This document shows, piece after piece, positions 59,201 to 64,000 of a DNA stretch of 64,000 bases (position 1 is its first letter; the number at the start of each line of letters is the position of its first letter). A program made the translations under genes and the position numbers. Source of the DNA: Asterias rubens (Eukaryota); assembly GCF_902459465.1 (NCBI RefSeq), contig NC_047062.1, forward strand, positions 20,708,001 through 20,772,000, written 5' to 3'. The notes beneath the pieces were generated by a model that worked only from the letters and a program-made list of their open reading frames with translations, searched no databases and was not told the origin of the DNA.

Positions 59201-61185
59201 AAGTAATGGGAGAACTGAAATATTATTGAATTTTCATTGCCCTGCAGCCGATTTCACGAAACGCTAGGATCAATCCTATCTCGAGTTAGGACGAGTAACC
59301 CGTCCTAACTTAGGACGGGTTCAGTGTGCCTACGTATTTGGATACGGAACTCAACTCGTCCTAAGTCCTAGGATTAATCCTAATTTAAGAAGAATTTGGT
59401 GAAATCGACGGAACTGGTTGCCTGTAAATTGCCTCATGTGACATGTCCTTATTATAACAGTTACTGAGGACAATGCCTTACCTTATTATTCGCTGTCACA
59501 AACAGGTAGGCATGGATCATTTCGTGCTGTAAATAAACAAAATTTGTGTTACTCGTTATACAATGTATCTATGCATTTTGCACTCTGAGGCTATGGGTTT
59601 ACAAGTAGAGTTACTTAACTCACAATTACTGAGTGTTTCAAAACGAAATTACTTAATTCAGAAAATCTAAGTGTTAAAATGGGCATTTTTTGCTTTGGAT
59701 GCTCCAATGCATTTTTCCGAATCTAGGCTTAGGCTTGGGCTGTGGCTCTGCAGCCAGAGCCTGCAGCCAGAGCCACAGCCTGAGATGAGGTTTGAACATT
59801 TTTAGACCTTTTTTATAAATGACATAGTGTAGTACGCCTCAAAGGAAAATTGCTTAATAGTCTGATCCATCCTGTCACCACCTGTGCAGTTTCCTTTTGT
59901 TTTGTTTTGTTATCCTTTCTCTAAGATAACTGTGAAATGATGTCAATGGAAGTGAGGAATTTGGACACCGTGAACAATTTTCGCTTCAATTTCAACGAAT
60001 GTAGACACCAACCATATATACTTTTTCAATCCTGGCTAATGTCAGAATGTTCCCATGATGTACATACCAACAATGTTTCCACCAGATCTTTCCTTGGTCT
60101 AAGCTTCAATAATGGTGAACTCAACCTAATGGAGCATAGTCCACCGTGTCCTTCATAACAGCACAGGCCAGCACACCTACACATTGTGTAGGAATTAGAT
60201 GAAAATATTCAAACATAATCATCAATATTAATGGCAGTGGACACTATTAGTAATTTACTCAAAATAATTTTGAAGCATAAAACCTTACTTGGCAACAAGT
60301 AATGGGGAGCTGTTGATGGTAAAAAACATTGTGAGAAACTGCTCCCTCTGAGATATGAGTTGGTTAAGGGTTTGAATGTGCCTGAAAACTCTTTGACATT
60401 TTTATGGCCCAAACAAAACAAACCAAAACAAACTTAACCCAAACAATACAATAGGCTTTAAAGTTAAACATAAACAAATTGAAGAATTACTTTTTAAAAC
60501 AAATGAAAGGTTAGCCACCATGATAGCTTAAAAATTATCATTACCATTCAACAAAATTCATAAGATCAGCATCTATGCCTGAGGATTGACATTTCTACTA
60601 AGTCATGTGTTTTCCTCTGTATATTTTTAACAAACTTTAATTTAAATATAAATTCAATGCAAACTTAAAAGATAATTTGTAGTTATATCTAAGATGTTCT
60701 GGTGCTTCTTGAAATGGAGGCTTGGAAATGGAATTTCATCTTGAAGAAATTTTAATTTCCCCTTTATGAAACTTGTCCTTTTGATTGTCACTGAACATAC
60801 TGAAACATTGACAATTTATGACAGGAGTTACTTACAAAGTCATTCTTGGACTCCACCTCACTTCAACACCAGCCAATCGTCCCCAGAAGTATTTATCATT
60901 AAACTCTAAAAACATGGCCCTCATGTCCGGGCTTGGATCGAGAAGTTCCCAACGTTTGTCAACTATGGACATGGATTCCGTTTTACCAACACCCCTCGAC
61001 AAGTCGTCGTCACTCGAACCTACGCTGACGACTTTGCCGAAGTTGAAACTTGGGTCATTTTTGTTTGCAATATCATCAGATTCATCAGACAAGTCCACTA
61101 TGCCATGGTGATTTCCTGTGGAATGTTCTCGGTCAAACTGCGCCTGCAATTGAAGAGCGAGCTCTAAATCTTTATCTCTGGACAT
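56296..61185 (-). CDS. SPRTN: DNA-dependent metalloprotease SPRTN (Spartan/DVC1); about 614 aa, 6 exons
   Basis: Exons 61185-60836, 60176-60068, 59526-59482, 58768-58694, 58191-57927, 57296-56296. SprT domain (WSPRMTLCAG...LRPRKDLVETLLHEMIHAYLF...HGPEFCKHM), zinc-binding subdomain (HWWRCDGPC...HKSTCGG), SHP box FPGKGQALG, PIP-like QNTLHKFL, UBZ4 CPVC...INQHLDQCL. Confidence 0.95.
57731..57823. repeat. 29-bp tandem repeat x3 in SPRTN intron 5
   Basis: Unit AGCCAGGGATCACTCGCAAGCTACGATAC. Confidence 0.95.
59243..59410. mobile_element. Small TIR MITE with TTAGGACGAG/CTCGTCCTAA internal motifs
   Basis: cagccgatttcacgaaa...tttggtgaaatcgacgg imperfect TIRs. Confidence 0.5.
60228..60355 (-). mobile_element. 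TTAA MITE family A, truncated terminus
   Basis: ttaatggcagtggacactattagtaatt plus about 100 bp of interior. Confidence 0.75.
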
Positions 61186-62669
61186 CTTGTCAAGTGGCAA
61201 GCTAAGTCACAAAACAAACCCGAGCACTGAGGCTGAGTGAGTGACTGCCTGCCAGTGTGTGGCACTGTGCAACTTCAATGCCAGAAGTCAGAAGTGACAG
61301 CTGACCGAGGTGCTCTCGTCTCTGACACTGGTGACAATAGAGTTTGAACAACAGCCTAGATGACTCAGTGACACTTGTCACGATATGTTTAAGGTTGACC
61401 AAAACCAATATCAGTAAGGAATACTCTAGTTAAGAGGGAAAGGAAGAGGGAATTGAAGAACAAAACTAATCTCGCGCTGTTTACAATTCCATTTCCTGCA
61501 CAAACTAGCGCCCTCAAGAGTGTGTGTATAGTGCCCGGAAACTTCCTTCTGCGAATCCGCACAAGCAAACTCTCACAACTCAGTAAAGTAGAAATATTTA
61601 AATTGGGAGCCAAGTCAAAGGGGTTAAGTGTTAAAATGTTGCACATTGTGGCCTGTCAGCCTGTCCACCTTTGAAGCACTTTGGATGACTTGGGCCCTGA
61701 CAAAAATTGACCTATTTGCAGAGTAATAGCAGACTAGACAGGATACTTTAGGTGTATCCTGATCATCTGATTGATTTTTGTAGATTTTCAAACGTTTTCG
61801 AAGTTAATTTTACACTAGTCCGGAGTGTATCGGCAGGACCTATACTAGGGGATTGAGACATTAGATGTCAAGTTTATAATAATAATGTCAATTTAGGCAT
61901 TAGTGGAGTTCAATAAAATGCAGGAGGAGAGGTAAGTGCCTATTTCACGCCCCGCCCCCCCCCCCCAATTTCATATGATAGCGCCCTCTTTTGAATAATT
62001 TTTTTACGCCGGCAGCCGGGACGGCAACTTTATTATGGGCCGTTGGTGATGACCGGTGACAAATCCCATTTTTACACCCAAAAATCGACTTCTCAATGTT
62101 AATCAAGATTTTACAATAATCCACAGTAGACCTTTACACTCTATTTTCTCTTTTCCTGGTCTGAAAACACAAAGATCCTTATCTTGACCAAAATGCAAAA
62201 AATAAATAAACTATTGGGAACAATACAATTTTTATAAGCACATGTTCAGAATTTAAAAAAAAAAACATTCAGTTTTGTTTCACTGAATTTTCACTGAATT
62301 CGTCCGCAGTGCCTTCTGAACGGCCGGTATATTATGTGCTCCCCCTTCAACCATCATGACTGTAAGGCCCTAAAGACGACCAATGTGGACTGAAGAAACG
62401 GCACGTTAATAGGAATTAGACTGCATAAATTCTAACAATGACAAGCAGAAACATGAAAGGGCAAAAAGTTGTCAAACTTCATTAGAAATCGTACCTTTGA
62501 AACGCCAGTCAAGACGCCCATTTACAATAGCCAGTATATCACATTCAATGGTGAAGCGACGCACGTTACCGTCACCGCATGTCTAGAGTTTGAGTTTTCG
62601 CGCCACAAGGTAGGGTCGGTGAGTCATCGGAAGCAGAAATGTTTTATTGTTTTGTCTTATAATGTTAAG

Positions 62670-62873
62670 TTAAAGGAGCACGTTGCCTTTGATCGGTCGA
62701 GTTGGTCTATAAAAAGCGTTTGAAACCGTTGTTATGAAATGCATATTATGGTTAGAAAGGTGTTTTAAAAGTAGAATATAATGATCCACACAAGTATCAC
62801 TCAAAATTGCACGTTTTTCATTTTAGGTCGCGAACTAACACGGTCGGCCATTAATTTTTTTTGGGAGTCAAAA
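62670..62873 (+). mobile_element. TTAA MITE family C (TTAAAGGAGCACGTTGCC), truncated
   Basis: TTAA-AGG terminus; stops abruptly at a family D element. Confidence 0.55.
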
Positions 62874-63219
62874 ATCCGCCCGGACGCTGCTGCATAATGC
62901 AGTTGTGTCCGCCCGTGCAAAACCGTCCTTGCAGTAAATGAAACGCCCTTGGTCGACGGAACACGTTCGCCATTTTTTTTACAAGCTAAGTGCATGTCAT
63001 GAATGACATGGGAAATGTTCGGCCGTTGGGTATTCGTTAGCTGCATGTATGTAGGTTCAGTGCATGCACGCTCGCTTACGCGCGCACATGACAGTCATAT
63101 ACATGTTCACCGAACAAGTTTTTGCATAGCCCCGGACGCGCCCCGGACACGACTGCATATGCAAAAGTATCCGTAGCGGACAGTATTGCATGGCGGACAC
63201 AATTGCATCTGACACCGGC
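62874..63219 (-). mobile_element. TIR element family D, one end missing
   Basis: Homologous to 10526-11035 from tccgcccggacgctgctgcataatgc to gacaccggc. Confidence 0.85.
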
Positions 63220-63223
63220 CAAC

Positions 63224-63536
63224 GGGTGTCGTGGCCATAAGAGCATGGGTTCAATTCCCGGTCGTGACACTTGTGTCCCTTAGCACGACACTTAACCAAA
63301 TTAATATTATTGCTTCTCTCCACCCAGGGGTAAATGGGTACCGGTACCTGTGATCGGAGGGCAGAGATTGGCGAGTAGCGCAAAGTTGCACATAAGCAGT
63401 ATACTCCCCGCAGGGAGCTGAGATGGTTTATGGAATGAAGGCCCATCAGTACAGGGGCGTTGGAAGCGCTATGAGACGCCCTTTGGTGTGAAAAGCACTA
63501 TAAAAAGAAACTGCAAGGTTACTGTTATTATTAATT
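63224..63536 (+). mobile_element. tRNA-derived SINE (SINE2)
   Basis: gggtgtcgtggcc head, B-box-like gggttcaattcccgg, core gtgtcc...gacacttaacc...cacccaggggtaaatgggtac, AT-rich (TTA)n tail. Confidence 0.7.
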
Positions 63537-63792
63537 AGTGTAGGCCCCGGCCCATCTATATTAAAATCCATCGTGTTTGGGGGCGGTTATACGCCATAAT
63601 TCATATTGACACAAAGTCAGCTGTAAGCTGGAGAGGATCAAAGTCAAAGTTTGTTGTCACACTGTTGATACCATAGAGAAAGGACAGAGTTTTGATACCA
63701 AGTTGTCGGCCTATTAATTTGTGATTGCATGCAGTTAGGACCAAGGTCAGACTATGGCCAGGTATGTTGGCCCACTCGAGGACCACATAATA

Positions 63793-63972
63793 ATGTCGTC
63801 CACGAAAAAGCGGCCTGGTCGGAGTTCGAAAGGGGAGGGTTCCAGCAAGAAGCCTAAACAAGGGGAGAGACAGGAGGCAGAACCGGAGCTGTACTCCACC
63901 ATCCCGCCGCAACCAGAGGCGAACAAACCGGGACAGTTGACCAAGAAACAACTCAAATTTTACTTTGAAGAG
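63793..63972 (+). CDS. Probable phytanoyl-CoA dioxygenase (PhyH)-family protein, first coding exon; gene continues beyond window
   Basis: ATG 63793 (in-frame upstream ATG 63754); ends KPGQLTKKQLKFYFEE|GTAAGA, resembling the PGQL..EQ...YFEEG start of PhyH domains; strong phase-0 donor at 63973. Only a short segment is visible. Confidence 0.55.
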
Positions 63973-64000
63973 GTAAGAAATTAACCCAACCATTAGGCCT

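Overview
Eukaryotic, intron-rich animal DNA. The gene content and repeat families suggest an echinoderm, probably a sea star (inference). Most six-frame ORFs are antisense shadows or repeat artefacts, so I assembled genes by hand from GT-AG exons with consistent phases. Seven genes are supported: stum exon 1 (-), a complete 13-exon SpAN/BP10-type astacin (astacin-EGF-CUB-Thr-rich-CUB, -), a complete 10-exon GALNT7-like O-GalNAc transferase (-), AVEN (-, 6 exons), a LYPD6-like GPI-anchored three-finger protein (+, 3 exons) head-to-head with AVEN, SPRTN (-, 6 exons), and the first coding exon of a probable PhyH-family dioxygenase (+). Introns carry many non-autonomous DNA transposons (TTAA/Kolobok-type MITEs, piggyBac-like, hAT-like, a 1.75-kb Sola2-like element, foldbacks), an RTE LINE fragment and tRNA-derived SINEs. 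The most interesting signal is two short repeat families that fold as minimal Penelope-type hammerhead ribozymes with a palindromic ACGT stem III, one with a non-canonical U3/C4/A8 core. All complete copies lie on the same strand as the host genes. A 188-nt foldback hairpin sits just downstream of GALNT7. No CRISPR, rRNA or genuine tRNA was found.
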